A DNA stretch of 25,872 nucleotides from Bacteroidota bacterium (GTDB lineage Bacteria; Bacteroidota; Bacteroidia; Flavobacteriales_C; GCA-002722245). The position numbers and the translations under genes are program-made. Below are positions 7,990 through 17,725 of this stretch, in pieces. The notes below the pieces were generated by a model. It ran no database searches and was not told where the DNA came from. It saw nothing but the letters and a program-made list of their open reading frames with translations. The stretch is taken from assembly GCA_041191385.1 (NCBI GenBank), contig JBEEPA010000104.1, positions 1-25,872 on the forward strand, given 5' to 3'. The stretch's first letter is position 1. The number at the start of each line of letters is the position of its first letter.

Positions 7990-8801
7990 CACAAAACACT
8001 TTAAATTCACTTGGTATAGAAATTAATGTAAAGTACTTTGAAGAAAAGGACTACATATCGATAACTGATATTGCAAAATACAAAAATCCTAATCACAGTG
8101 ATGATGTGATTAAAAACTGGTTGCGCAACCGAAATACGATTGAGTTATTAGGATTTTGGGAACAAATTAATAACCCAAATTTTAAACCCGTCGAATTCGA
8201 CGGGTTTAGAAAAGAGGCAGGACTAAATAGTTTTGTTTTAACTCCTAAAAAATGGATTGAGCAAACTAATGCTATTGGAATAATTTCAAAATCTGGAAGA
8301 TATGGAGGCACATATGCGCATATTGATATTGCTTTTGAGTTTGCTAGTTGGGTTTCGATAGAATTCAAATTGTATTTAATCAGAGAATTTCAACGCCTTA
8401 AAGAAGAAGAACAAAAGCAAATTGGGTGGTCGGCTAAAAGAGAATTGGCAAAAATTAATTACCACATTCACACTGATGCAATTAAAGGAAATTTAATACC
8501 GAAAGAAATTACTCCTAAACAAGCATCCATAATTTACGCTAATGAAGCCGATGTTTTAAATATGGCATTATTTGGCAAAACTGCCAAAGAGTGGCGTGAA
8601 CAAAATTCAGAACTAAAAGGAAACATCAGGGATTATGCACACATCAATGAATTGATTTGTTTATCGAATTTAGAAAATATTAATGCCTTGTTGATTAACG
8701 ACGGAATAAATCAATCGGAAAGATTACTAAAACTAAATCAAATTGCAATCAAACAAATGATTTTATTACAAAATGTAGAAAACAAAAAGTTTTTAAAATA
8801 A
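7986..8801 (+). CDS. KilA-N domain DNA-binding protein
   Basis: DYISITDIAK...IKNWLRNRNTIELLGFWEQINNPNFKPVEFDGF...SKSGRYGGTYAH.DIAFEFASWVS.EFKLYLI.EFQRLK, plus the usual C-terminal YANEADVLNMALFGKTAKEWR...GNIRDYA block. Confidence 0.9.
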   Translation: MTQNTLNSLGIEINVKYFEEKDYISITDIAKYKNPNHSDDVIKNWLRNRNTIELLGFWEQINNPNFKPVEFDGFRKEAGLNSFVLTPKKWIEQTNAIGIISKSGRYGGTYAHIDIAFEFASWVSIEFKLYLIREFQRLKEEEQKQIGWSAKRELAKINYHIHTDAIKGNLIPKEITPKQASIIYANEADVLNMALFGKTAKEWREQNSELKGNIRDYAHINELICLSNLENINALLINDGINQSERLLKLNQIAIKQMILLQNVENKKFLK

Positions 8802-8836
8802 ATTAGAATAATTTTTTAAATCATAAAATTAAGTAT

Positions 8837-11548
8837 ATGAGTTTACACCCCGATTATACAGGCGATTATAAATACAAATGGCACAATTACCCTTACATGC
8901 GTTTAAGTGGTTTGGAGCCTTTAATTGTTACTCCCGAAATTAATTTTGTAAATGTTGGTGAGCGTACCAATGTTACCGGAAGTAAAAAGTTTTTAAAGTT
9001 AATCGAAAAAGAAAAATACGATGAGGCTTTAGAGGTTGCTTTAGACCAAGTGCAAGGTGGTGCGCAAATTTTGGATGTAAACATGGATGAAGGGATGATT
9101 GATGGGGTGTATGCCATGACTCGTTTTTTAAATTTAATTGCATCCGAACCTGATATTGCCCGAATTCCTATCATGATTGATTCCTCCAAATGGGAAATTA
9201 TTGAGGCAGGGTTAAAATGTGTTCAAGGAAAATGTGTTGTAAACTCTATATCGTTAAAAGGTGGCGAGGAACGTTTTATTTGGGAAGCTAAACAAATTAA
9301 AAAGTATGGTGCGGCTGTTATTGTAATGGCTTTTGATGAACTAGGACAGGCGGATAATTATGAGCGTAGAATTGAGATTGTAAAACGATCATACGAAATT
9401 TTAACGGGTCCTAAGGTAAATTTTGCTCCAGAGGATATCATTTTCGATTTAAATATTTTCCCTGTTGCAACGGGTATGGAGGAGCACCGCAAAAATGCTT
9501 TAGATTTTTTTAGAGCAACTAGATGGGTTCGTGAAAATTTACCTGCTGCGCACATTAGTGGTGGAGTAAGTAATGTTTCGTTTTCGTTTAGAGGTAACGA
9601 TGCTGTACGTGAGGCTATGCACTCGGCTTTTTTATATCATGCAATTAAAGAGGGTATGGATATGGGTATTGTAAACCCAACTATGTTAGGAGTTTACGAT
9701 GATATTCCGAAAGATTTATTAGAAAAAGTTGAGGATGTTTTACTAGACAGGCGCGACGATGCTACGGAGCGTTTGTTGGATTTTGCGGAGAGTTTTAAAG
9801 GAGATGCTAAAACTAAAAAAGCCGATGATGAATGGCGTAGTTTGCCTGTGGAAAAACGTTTGGAATATGCTTTGGTTAAAGGTGTTATCGAATTTATTGA
9901 TACGGATACTGAGGAGGCTAGAGTTAAAATTAACAGTCCGCTTAAAGTAATCGAAGGGCCTTTAATGGACGGTATGAATGTGGTGGGTGATTTGTTTGGT
10001 GCCGGAAAAATGTTTTTACCACAAGTAGTAAAAAGTGCGCGTGTAATGAAAAAAGCGGTGGCTTATTTGTTACCTTATTTGGAAGAGGAGAAAGCAGAAA
10101 GCTCCAACAATGGTAAAATTTTAATGGCTACTGTTAAAGGTGATGTACACGATATTGGAAAAAATATTGTGGGTGTGGTTTTGGCTTGTAACAGTTACGA
10201 AATCATAGATTTAGGGGTGATGGTACCTTCGGAAAGAATTATTGCCGAAGCTATTAAACACAATGTAAATGCTATTGGTTTAAGTGGTTTAATTACGCCT
10301 TCGTTGGACGAAATGGTTACGGTGGCTAAGGAAATGGAAAGGGCTGGTTTAAATATTCCTTTGTTAATTGGTGGTGCTACAACTTCTCGTATTCATACAG
10401 CGGTTAAAATAGATGAACATTACAAACGCGGACAAGCTGTGCATGTTTTGGATGCTTCAAGAGCGGTTACAGTGGTTGGGAAGTTATTGGGTGAGGATAA
10501 AGATGCTTACATCAAAGATATTCAGGATGAATATGCGCGTATGCGTGATCATCACAGCAAAAAAAGAGCGGATAAGGATGTATTAAGTTACGAAGATGCT
10601 TTACAAAACAAATTCCCTATAGATTGGCAAAATTTTGAACCTGTACAACCTAAATTTACTGGAGTTAAGGTGATGGATAATTTGGATTTAGCGGAGATTG
10701 TTCCTTTTATCGATTGGACTCCATTTTTCCAAACTTGGGAATTGCATGGAAAATTTCCAGCAATTTTAACCGATGAAGTGGTGGGCGAAGAGGCTACAAA
10801 ATTGTATGCAGATGCTTTACAAATGTTGGATAAAATTGTTGCAGAAAAATGGTTAACAGCTAAAGCGGTTATTGGTTTATGGAAAGCCAATGCAATTGAT
10901 GATGATATCGAAATTTACAACAACGAGGGCGAAGTTATTGGTAATTTCCATATGATGCGCCAACAGCAAAAAAAGGCTGAAGGTGCTTACAACATGAGCT
11001 TGGCAGATTTTATTGCGCCTAAAAATTTGGGTATTACAGATTATATGGGTGGTTTTGCAGTAACTGCTGGTTTAGGTATCGAACCATATATCGAACAGTT
11101 CGAAAAAGACCACGATGATTATAACAGTATTTTATTAAAGGCTTTAGCCGATAGATTTGCAGAAGCAGCAACGGAGTATATGCACTATAAGGTTCGAACA
11201 GATTTTTGGGGATATGCATCTGATGAAAATTTAAGTAACGAGGATTTAATTAAGGAAAAATACAAAGGAATTCGACCTGCTCCAGGCTACCCAGCTTGTC
11301 CAGACCACACCGAAAAACCCGAGTTATTCCGTTTATTAAACGCCACAGAAAGCATAGGAATTTCCTTAACAGATAGTTTAGCTATGTATCCCGCATCTAG
11401 CGTAAGCGGTTGGTACTTCGGGAATCCACAATCCAAATATTTTGGAGTAGGACGCATAGAAAAGGACCAAGTAGAAAGCTACGCCAAACGCAAAAAACAA
11501 TCCCTAGCCTTCATCGAAAAATGGCTATCACCAAATTTAAATTATTAA
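8837..11548 (+). CDS. metH: B12-dependent methionine synthase, C-terminal half (pterin-binding, cap, cobalamin-binding and reactivation domains)
   Basis: [24 protein letters not shown], cobalamin motif [19 protein letters not shown], and AdoMet-binding [15 protein letters not shown]. Confidence 0.97.
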   Translation: MSLHPDYTGDYKYKWHNYPYMRLSGLEPLIVTPEINFVNVGERTNVTGSKKFLKLIEKEKYDEALEVALDQVQGGAQILDVNMDEGMIDGVYAMTRFLNLIASEPDIARIPIMIDSSKWEIIEAGLKCVQGKCVVNSISLKGGEERFIWEAKQIKKYGAAVIVMAFDELGQADNYERRIEIVKRSYEILTGPKVNFAPEDIIFDLNIFPVATGMEEHRKNALDFFRATRWVRENLPAAHISGGVSNVSFSFRGNDAVREAMHSAFLYHAIKEGMDMGIVNPTMLGVYDDIPKDLLEKVEDVLLDRRDDATERLLDFAESFKGDAKTKKADDEWRSLPVEKRLEYALVKGVIEFIDTDTEEARVKINSPLKVIEGPLMDGMNVVGDLFGAGKMFLPQVVKSARVMKKAVAYLLPYLEEEKAESSNNGKILMATVKGDVHDIGKNIVGVVLACNSYEIIDLGVMVPSERIIAEAIKHNVNAIGLSGLITPSLDEMVTVAKEMERAGLNIPLLIGGATTSRIHTAVKIDEHYKRGQAVHVLDASRAVTVVGKLLGEDKDAYIKDIQDEYARMRDHHSKKRADKDVLSYEDALQNKFPIDWQNFEPVQPKFTGVKVMDNLDLAEIVPFIDWTPFFQTWELHGKFPAILTDEVVGEEATKLYADALQMLDKIVAEKWLTAKAVIGLWKANAIDDDIEIYNNEGEVIGNFHMMRQQQKKAEGAYNMSLADFIAPKNLGITDYMGGFAVTAGLGIEPYIEQFEKDHDDYNSILLKALADRFAEAATEYMHYKVRTDFWGYASDENLSNEDLIKEKYKGIRPAPGYPACPDHTEKPELFRLLNATESIGISLTDSLAMYPASSVSGWYFGNPQSKYFGVGRIEKDQVESYAKRKKQSLAFIEKWLSPNLNY

Positions 11549-11554
11549 TCAAAT

Positions 11555-11587
11555 AAAAAAGGCAATCGTAAATGATTGCCTTTTTTT
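11555..11587. terminator. Bidirectional intrinsic terminator between convergent metH and the serine hydrolase gene
   Basis: A6-GGCAATCG-TAAA-TGATTGCC-T7, located between the stops at 11548 (+) and 11594 (-). Confidence 0.88.
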
Positions 11588-11593
11588 AAAATA

Positions 11594-12904
11594 CTACTCT
11601 TTAACCAATTTATTGGTGTAAATTTTACCGTTATCTAGATACGATTTAATAAAGTATAATCCAACATTTAAATCCGATATTTCAATTGTAATTTGTTTAT
11701 TTGAGTTGTTTGCTATATGTACAATTTGTCCTTGTTGATTATAAATTTCGGTTTTAACAATTACACTTTGCGATGTAAGATGCACTAAATTATGAGCTGG
11801 ATTAGGGTATAATTGAACTAAATTACCACTTAATTTTTGTGAATTTATAGCTGTTGGATTACACACTAAATCATTTACATATTCCCATATATTATCGTTT
11901 AATAAAAAAGGAACTAGTGAATTTGCAGGTTCATCACCCATTCGTATCCAAACTAAATTCTGACTAGGAATAACGTTTAAAAATTGTCCTCCTTTACCCA
12001 TTGCAGAAATCATGTCGGCTGGCGCATTTGGTGCAACAAAACCTGGAAATACAAGTTGTGAAGAAGGAACCATAAAACTTTGTTTACCGTTTAGCCACCA
12101 TAAATATCCGTAAGATTTATTAATGGTTTGTGAAGTACTTATCATTTGATTGTAATAATCCATATCGGTTAAAATTTGATTGCCATTCCAATTCCCTTTA
12201 TTTAAAATTAGTAAGCCAAAGCGCGCCATACTTCGGGCGTTACTGTAATAAACATTATTGTAACCAACTTTTACAAATGCGCCTGTTATCCCTGTTGGAT
12301 TTTTAAGTTTTTGTGTGGTATAATTGTTTAAAGTTAAACCAGTTGCGTTTTCAATTACTCCATCCAAAAGTGTGTAAGGTCCATTGTGATAAGCCCATCT
12401 ATTCCCCGCATCGGCTTTAAAAACTAAACAATTTTTTTCGGTACAAAATGGATCTGCAACATTATCATCCAAACCGGATGTCATATTTAACTGATTTAAA
12501 ACCGTTATTTTTGCTTCTTGCTCTGGCGTACAACTTGTCCAACCTTTACCCAAATATTTAGATGATGTATCGTTAATAGATAAAAATCCTTCTTGCTGAG
12601 CCATACCAACCATAAAAGCGGTAATAGTTTTAGCTGCCGAAGCCCATTGCCAAAGAGAATTTTGTGTATGTGTTCCAAAATATTTTTCCAAAACAATTTT
12701 ACCATCTTTTAATAAAATAAATGCTTTGGTATTGTTGGTATCTAAAAAAGCATATAAACTATCAATTTTATCGCTACAATATCCTAAACTTTGTGGTGAT
12801 AATGTTTCCCAATTGTTGCCAGATGTTGGCGGAAAATAAAGCGATTGTGCGTTTAAATTAAATACTAAAATTGTAGTGATAAGTGAAAGTAGAAATTTAT
12901 GCAT
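11594..12904 (-). CDS. Secreted serine hydrolase (beta-lactamase/AmpC-like fold) with a T9SS type A C-terminal sorting domain
   Basis: Signal peptide ending LNA-Q, SxxK (SAAK), YxN (YHN), AMGKGGQ, and C-terminal VQLYPNPA...GLYFIK...KLVKE. Confidence 0.88.
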   Translation of the reverse strand: MHKFLLSLITTILVFNLNAQSLYFPPTSGNNWETLSPQSLGYCSDKIDSLYAFLDTNNTKAFILLKDGKIVLEKYFGTHTQNSLWQWASAAKTITAFMVGMAQQEGFLSINDTSSKYLGKGWTSCTPEQEAKITVLNQLNMTSGLDDNVADPFCTEKNCLVFKADAGNRWAYHNGPYTLLDGVIENATGLTLNNYTTQKLKNPTGITGAFVKVGYNNVYYSNARSMARFGLLILNKGNWNGNQILTDMDYYNQMISTSQTINKSYGYLWWLNGKQSFMVPSSQLVFPGFVAPNAPADMISAMGKGGQFLNVIPSQNLVWIRMGDEPANSLVPFLLNDNIWEYVNDLVCNPTAINSQKLSGNLVQLYPNPAHNLVHLTSQSVIVKTEIYNQQGQIVHIANNSNKQITIEISDLNVGLYFIKSYLDNGKIYTNKLVKE

Positions 12905-12909
12905 GATAA

Positions 12910-13533
12910 TTATTTAAATTGTTCAATATTAATAGTTTGATTACAACAAAATATTTCGGATTGATGATTGTTGGAAGCTATAATTACTAAACGATTTTGT
13001 AAATGTACTTGCAATAAATTTTGGTACCACAATACCCCATTTTCGTCTAAATTACTACAAGGCTCATCTAAAAATAAAATATCACTTTTTGCTAAAATAG
13101 CTAAGGCCAATTTTACTCTTTGCAACATACCCGACGAATAATTTTTAAGTGGTTTGTTTACATGTTCGGTTAAGTAACAAATATGTGCAAACTCATTTAC
13201 ATTTTTACAATTTAAAGACTTATTTGCGGTATAAAAATCAAACAATTCTATTAACGTTAAATTGGTATAAACATCCACATACGGTGCACACCAACTTATT
13301 TTAGAATATAAATGAGATGATGGAATATTTTGTTGATAAATACTGTAAGAAATTTGTCCTTTTGAAGGGGTAGAATAAGCCGATAAAAGTTTTAAAAATG
13401 TAGATTTTCCCGAACCATTTCCTCCGGCGATATGATAAACAAATTCGTTAGAAAAATGAAGGGAAACAGATTTAAAAATCCATTCCCCTTCAAATTGTTT
13501 TCCTACATTATTTAATTCGATTGCTACATTCAC
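12910..13533 (-). CDS. ABC-type ATP-binding protein (no permease in the window)
   Basis: Walker A GGNGSGKST, signature YSSGMLQR, Walker B ILFLDEP. GTG start. Confidence 0.88.
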   Translation of the reverse strand: MNVAIELNNVGKQFEGEWIFKSVSLHFSNEFVYHIAGGNGSGKSTFLKLLSAYSTPSKGQISYSIYQQNIPSSHLYSKISWCAPYVDVYTNLTLIELFDFYTANKSLNCKNVNEFAHICYLTEHVNKPLKNYSSGMLQRVKLALAILAKSDILFLDEPCSNLDENGVLWYQNLLQVHLQNRLVIIASNNHQSEIFCCNQTINIEQFK

Positions 13534-13552
13534 TTAGCTAATTTTTTAGCAA

Positions 13553-14335
13553 TTACGATTTTGGTTTCTTTTTAATAATTCCTCTGGTGCTTTTACGAAT
13601 AAATCCAAGAATTTCTTGTTTCTCCGGACAATCCTGAATATTTTCTTCGATGTATTGAATAGCTTGAGAAGTGTTGCGTTTACTCATAAAAATAATTCGA
13701 TACATTTCCTCAATTAAAGCAATACTCTCTGGCGAAAAATTTCTTCTGCCTAAACCAATTTTATTAACCCCTCCATAAGCAACTGGATATCTTCCTGTTG
13801 TTACATAAGGTGGAACATCTTGTATTACAATTCCGCCACCAGAAACCATTACATGTTTACCTACTAAGGAAAATTGATGTACCATAACTCCACCACCTAA
13901 AATCGCATAATCCTCCACAATTACATGTCCGCCTAAAGTAGCATTATTAGCTAAAATACAATTGTTTCCAACAATACAATCGTGTGCAATATGAACATAA
14001 GCCATCAATAAAACATTGTTGCCCACTACAGTTTTTAATCTATCAACCGTTCCTCTGTTTACAGTAACACATTCTCTAATTGTTGTATTATCTCCAATTT
14101 CAACCGTAGTATATTCGCCTGCAAACTTTAAATCTTGCGGAATACCTCCAATAACAGCTCCTGGAAAAACTTTACAGTTTTTACCAATTCGAGAACCCGA
14201 CATAATTACTGCGTTAGGACCAATCCAAGTACCTTCGCCAATAATTACGTCATCTTGAATGGTTGCAAAAGCTTCTACCTGAACACTAGGGTGCAATTGC
14301 GCACCCGGATGAATATTTGCTAAAACCTGCGTCAT
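13553..14335 (-). CDS. lpxA: UDP-N-acetylglucosamine O-acyltransferase
   Basis: Hexapeptide repeats, GGIPQDLKF, IRECVTVNRGT, LLMAYVHIAHDC, VHQF. Located in an lpx cluster. Confidence 0.96.
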   Translation of the reverse strand: MTQVLANIHPGAQLHPSVQVEAFATIQDDVIIGEGTWIGPNAVIMSGSRIGKNCKVFPGAVIGGIPQDLKFAGEYTTVEIGDNTTIRECVTVNRGTVDRLKTVVGNNVLLMAYVHIAHDCIVGNNCILANNATLGGHVIVEDYAILGGGVMVHQFSLVGKHVMVSGGGIVIQDVPPYVTTGRYPVAYGGVNKIGLGRRNFSPESIALIEEMYRIIFMSKRNTSQAIQYIEENIQDCPEKQEILGFIRKSTRGIIKKKPKS

Positions 14336-15724
14336 TTACTTAACTTTTTCAATTTTTGCCATCATTTCTGCCTCTGCAACCAACTCGTTATTTACATAAG
14401 TTTTGCCCAACATATGTGCAATACCTCTGCGATACGGCGATGCAAAAGTTAACTCAAAAACCAAAGTATCACCTGGCACTACCATTTTTCTAAATTTCAC
14501 GTTTTCCATTTTCATGAAATAAGTTAAATGTTTTTCGGGTTCTTCTAAGTTTGATAAAACCAAAACTCCACCAACTTGCGCCATTGCTTCTACTTGTAAA
14601 ACACCAGGAAAAATAGGTTGATCTGGAAAATGTCCTCTAAATAAATCTTCGTTTACCGATACATTTTTTACCCCTACAACACGCTCAGGTGACAATTCGA
14701 TAATTCTATCTACAAACAAAAAAGGAGGGCGATGGGGTAATAATTTTTTAATTCCTTCCACATCCAAAACCGTTTTGGTAACGTCGAAATTTTTTTGATT
14801 TTCCATTTTAATTTGATATGCTTTTATTAATTTACCAAGTTCCACATTGGCCTTATGCCCTGGTCGTTTGGCTATAACTTTTCCTTTAATACTTTTTCCC
14901 ACTAAAGTTAAATCTCCTACAATGTCTAATAATTTATGACGTGCAGGTTCATTAGGAAACTTTAATTCTATATTATTTAAAATTCCTTCGGATTTTACTT
15001 CCAAATCTGGCTTATTAAACAATTTAGATAACTTACTTAAAGTTTCGGTATTCACTTTATTTTCAACTACTACAATTGCATTATCCACATCACCGCCTTT
15101 AATTAAGTTTAAAGATAAAAGCTGTTCCAATTCGTGTAAAAAACAAAAAGTTCTGCACGATGCAATTTCGGTTTCAAAATTAGCTAAATTATCTAATTCG
15201 GCAACTTGTTTGCCTAAAACTTTTGAATTAAAATCAATTGTAGACGAAATACAAAATCCATCGTAGGGAACGATAGATAATTCAACACCATTTGCTTCAT
15301 CAATATATGTTATAGGTTCCTTAATAACTAAATATTCTTTAGCAACATTTAAATTTTTTATCCCAACTTTATTAAATTCTAACAAAAAAGGTAAAGCAGA
15401 GCCGTCTAAAATTGGCACTTCTGGCCCATCAATTTCTATCAAACAATTATCAATTCCTTTAGCAGTTAATGCTGCTAAAAGGTGCTCTATTGTAGTAACT
15501 GTAGCGCCATTTAAATTTAATGTTGTACTGCGCTTAACTTCCGAAACCAAACGAACATCGGCAGGAATTATTGGTTTATCGGGTAAATCAACCCTACAAA
15601 ATTTTATTCCAGTATTGGCATCCGATGGATGTATAGATAATTTAACTTTAGCACCAGTATGTAAACCTACTCCCGATAAAAAAACACTTGAGGCAACAGT
15701 TTTTTGTGTATCTTTCATATTCAT
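14336..15724 (-). CDS. lpxC-fabZ: Bifunctional UDP-3-O-acyl-GlcNAc deacetylase / 3-hydroxyacyl-ACP dehydratase
   Basis: LpxC motifs GVGLHTG, TIEHLLAAL, SCRTFCF, HKLLDIVGDL and FabZ motifs LPHRPPFLFVD, GHFPDQPIFPGVLQVEAMAQ. The true start may be the second Met at 15718. Confidence 0.97.
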   Translation of the reverse strand: MNMKDTQKTVASSVFLSGVGLHTGAKVKLSIHPSDANTGIKFCRVDLPDKPIIPADVRLVSEVKRSTTLNLNGATVTTIEHLLAALTAKGIDNCLIEIDGPEVPILDGSALPFLLEFNKVGIKNLNVAKEYLVIKEPITYIDEANGVELSIVPYDGFCISSTIDFNSKVLGKQVAELDNLANFETEIASCRTFCFLHELEQLLSLNLIKGGDVDNAIVVVENKVNTETLSKLSKLFNKPDLEVKSEGILNNIELKFPNEPARHKLLDIVGDLTLVGKSIKGKVIAKRPGHKANVELGKLIKAYQIKMENQKNFDVTKTVLDVEGIKKLLPHRPPFLFVDRIIELSPERVVGVKNVSVNEDLFRGHFPDQPIFPGVLQVEAMAQVGGVLVLSNLEEPEKHLTYFMKMENVKFRKMVVPGDTLVFELTFASPYRRGIAHMLGKTYVNNELVAEAEMMAKIEKVK

Positions 15725-15745
15725 TTTTCGATAAATAAATCCAAT

Positions 15746-16777
15746 TTACTTTGGTTTATTTATCTCTTTCTCTAAATTTTTTACCCTTTTAGCAATATCA
15801 GGCAAATTTCTAAAAACTACATAACTCTTTTTAAAATCGTTTAATCCAAATGCTGGTGCGCCTAATAATATTTCCTCGTTAGATTCTACACTACTTAAAA
15901 TACCTGCTTTTGCTCCAATTTTAACTCCATCCGCTATAATTAAATGTCCGGCTATACCCACTTGTCCGCCAATCATACAATTTTTTCCAATTTTTGTAGA
16001 TCCTGCAATTCCAGTTTGTGCAGCAATTACCGTATTTTCGCCAATTTCCACATTGTGCGCAACTTGTATTTGATTATCTAATTTTACTCCTTTACGAATA
16101 ATAGTAGATCCCATTGTTGCCCTATCAATGGTAGAATTTGCACCAATTTCTACAAAATCCTCAATAATTACATTTCCAATTTGTGGAACTTTAAGATAAT
16201 TACCCGATTGTGGTGCAAAACCAAAACCATCCGATCCAATTACAACTCCTGCATGTATAGTGCAATGGTTTCCAATTTTACTATCTGCATATATGTTTAC
16301 ATTTGAATAAATGGTTGTATTATCGCCTATCTCTACGTTATCACCTACATTTACAAAGCTATGAATAAGAACGTTTTTGCCTATTTTTACATTTTTGCCT
16401 AGCTTCACAAACGCATCAATATACACTGGGTTGCCTATGGTGCAATTATTTTCTTGAATTAATGTTGAAGATATTCCTGTTTTAGTGGATTTTTGTTGCT
16501 CATAAGCTTGCATTAATATTGCAAAACTTGCATAAGGATCGTCCACTTTTATTAAAGTACATGAAATTTCTTTTTCTGGAACAAAAGATTTTGAAACTAA
16601 AACGATAGAACTTTTACATGAATAAATGTGTGCAATATATTTAGGATTGGCTAAAAAGGATAATGCTCCTTCCCTACCCTCCTCTATTTTAGCAAAGGTA
16701 TTTACAGTAGCATTTGGATTTCCAACTACTTCGCCATTTAAAATTTCAGCAATATACGCCGCTGTAAACTCCATCAC
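15746..16777 (-). CDS. lpxD: UDP-3-O-(3-hydroxyacyl)glucosamine N-acyltransferase
   Basis: LSFLANPKY, hexapeptide repeats, [39 protein letters not shown]. The start may be the second Met at 16774. Confidence 0.96.
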   Translation of the reverse strand: MMEFTAAYIAEILNGEVVGNPNATVNTFAKIEEGREGALSFLANPKYIAHIYSCKSSIVLVSKSFVPEKEISCTLIKVDDPYASFAILMQAYEQQKSTKTGISSTLIQENNCTIGNPVYIDAFVKLGKNVKIGKNVLIHSFVNVGDNVEIGDNTTIYSNVNIYADSKIGNHCTIHAGVVIGSDGFGFAPQSGNYLKVPQIGNVIIEDFVEIGANSTIDRATMGSTIIRKGVKLDNQIQVAHNVEIGENTVIAAQTGIAGSTKIGKNCMIGGQVGIAGHLIIADGVKIGAKAGILSSVESNEEILLGAPAFGLNDFKKSYVVFRNLPDIAKRVKNLEKEINKPK

Positions 16778-16799
16778 ACTTAAATTAATAATTAGTTAA

Positions 16800-16807
16800 C
16801 AAAGATA
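16800..16807 (-). promoter_or_regulatory. Bacteroidota -7 element TATCTTTG for the lpx operon
   Basis: Exact TAnnTTTG on the minus strand, 23 nt from the lpxD start. A TTTA at 16827-16830 lies at 19-nt spacing as a possible -33 variant. Confidence 0.6.
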
Positions 16808-16996
16808 GAATTAAAATATTAGTTCCTAAAAGTAAATTAAAGGTTTTACTAACAAAAGATGTTTAGCAAAAGGTTAAAACACTTATAAAATTGTATTTTA
16901 AACCTAAATTCGTAATGAAATAATACAAAGTAAGTATTCACCTCTGAGCAACCTTTACGGACTTTGCTCAAAATTTTAAAAAAACTTTACAAAGTT

Positions 16997-17725
16997 TTAT
17001 TTTTTTAAAATTTCCAAAACATCTTTGTACAATTCATTCACCCAAAGTGCATACATTTTTTCGGATGGATGTAAATTATCAGTAGCTACCAATTCGGGTT
17101 CTTCCAATCCTCTTCGGGAAATCGGTGTGATATTGTAGTATTTAATTTTATATTTTGCACAAATTTGTTTTTTATAAGTATTGTACCAATCAATTTCATC
17201 AGATGTTTTATCAGGATAATTTTGTCCGAATGGCGTGTACCAATAATCTGGAATGGATAAGGCAATTACATTCTCACTTTTATTTCCTGCATAAACAATG
17301 GCTTGCTCGATAATTTCAATCAATTGTGTTTTATACACAGATGTATCAATTTTTCTAAACTGATTGTTTACACCTATTAATACACTTACCAAATTGTAAT
17401 TACTATCTAAACTCGAACGATAAATATTTTGCAACAAATCATCGGTGCTCCATCCTGTTGTGGCTATAATTTTTAATTCATCCAATTCTAATCCGTTATC
17501 AATCAATTTATTAACTAACTGATTAGGATAATTATCGTTAATTGAAACTCCCTGACCAATGGTGTACGAATCCCCCAAAGCCAAATATTTTATTTTAGGT
17601 TTTACAACCGTATTGCTATCATTGTTGTTTGTTAAAGAATTTGTTGTGTTAATGTTATCCAACTTTTCTTTACTACAAGAAAGCACCAATAAAAAAACAA
17701 AATAAATGTATAAAAATTTAAACAT
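16997..17725 (-). CDS. SGNH/GDSL hydrolase family lipoprotein
   Basis: Lipobox LVLSC, block I ALGDSYT, block III LIGVNNQ, block V DNLHPS. Confidence 0.88.
   Translation of the reverse strand: MFKFLYIYFVFLLVLSCSKEKLDNINTTNSLTNNNDSNTVVKPKIKYLALGDSYTIGQGVSINDNYPNQLVNKLIDNGLELDELKIIATTGWSTDDLLQNIYRSSLDSNYNLVSVLIGVNNQFRKIDTSVYKTQLIEIIEQAIVYAGNKSENVIALSIPDYWYTPFGQNYPDKTSDEIDWYNTYKKQICAKYKIKYYNITPISRRGLEEPELVATDNLHPSEKMYALWVNELYKDVLEILKK

Noticed and set aside
7741-8836. Prophage or IS element around KilA-N
   Set aside because: No integrase, transposase, phage structural gene, terminal inverted repeat or target-site duplication was visible.
6742-11548. metH as a pseudogene broken by an insertion
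   Set aside because: Both halves are intact ORFs with their catalytic motifs, the break falls at the domain boundary, and split MetH is known in Bacteroidota.
343-11548. metG, SAM riboswitch and metH as one methionine island
   Set aside because: metG is divergent from metH, about 4 kb away, and separated by unrelated genes with their own promoter-like sites. Proximity alone is not evidence.
11594-12904. Antibiotic-resistance beta-lactamase
   Set aside because: SxxK/YxN motifs define a broad serine hydrolase superfamily. A T9SS CTD and chromosomal housekeeping context do not support a resistance call.
14336-15724. LpxC-FabZ fusion as a novelty
   Set aside because: This is a well-known Bacteroidota feature.
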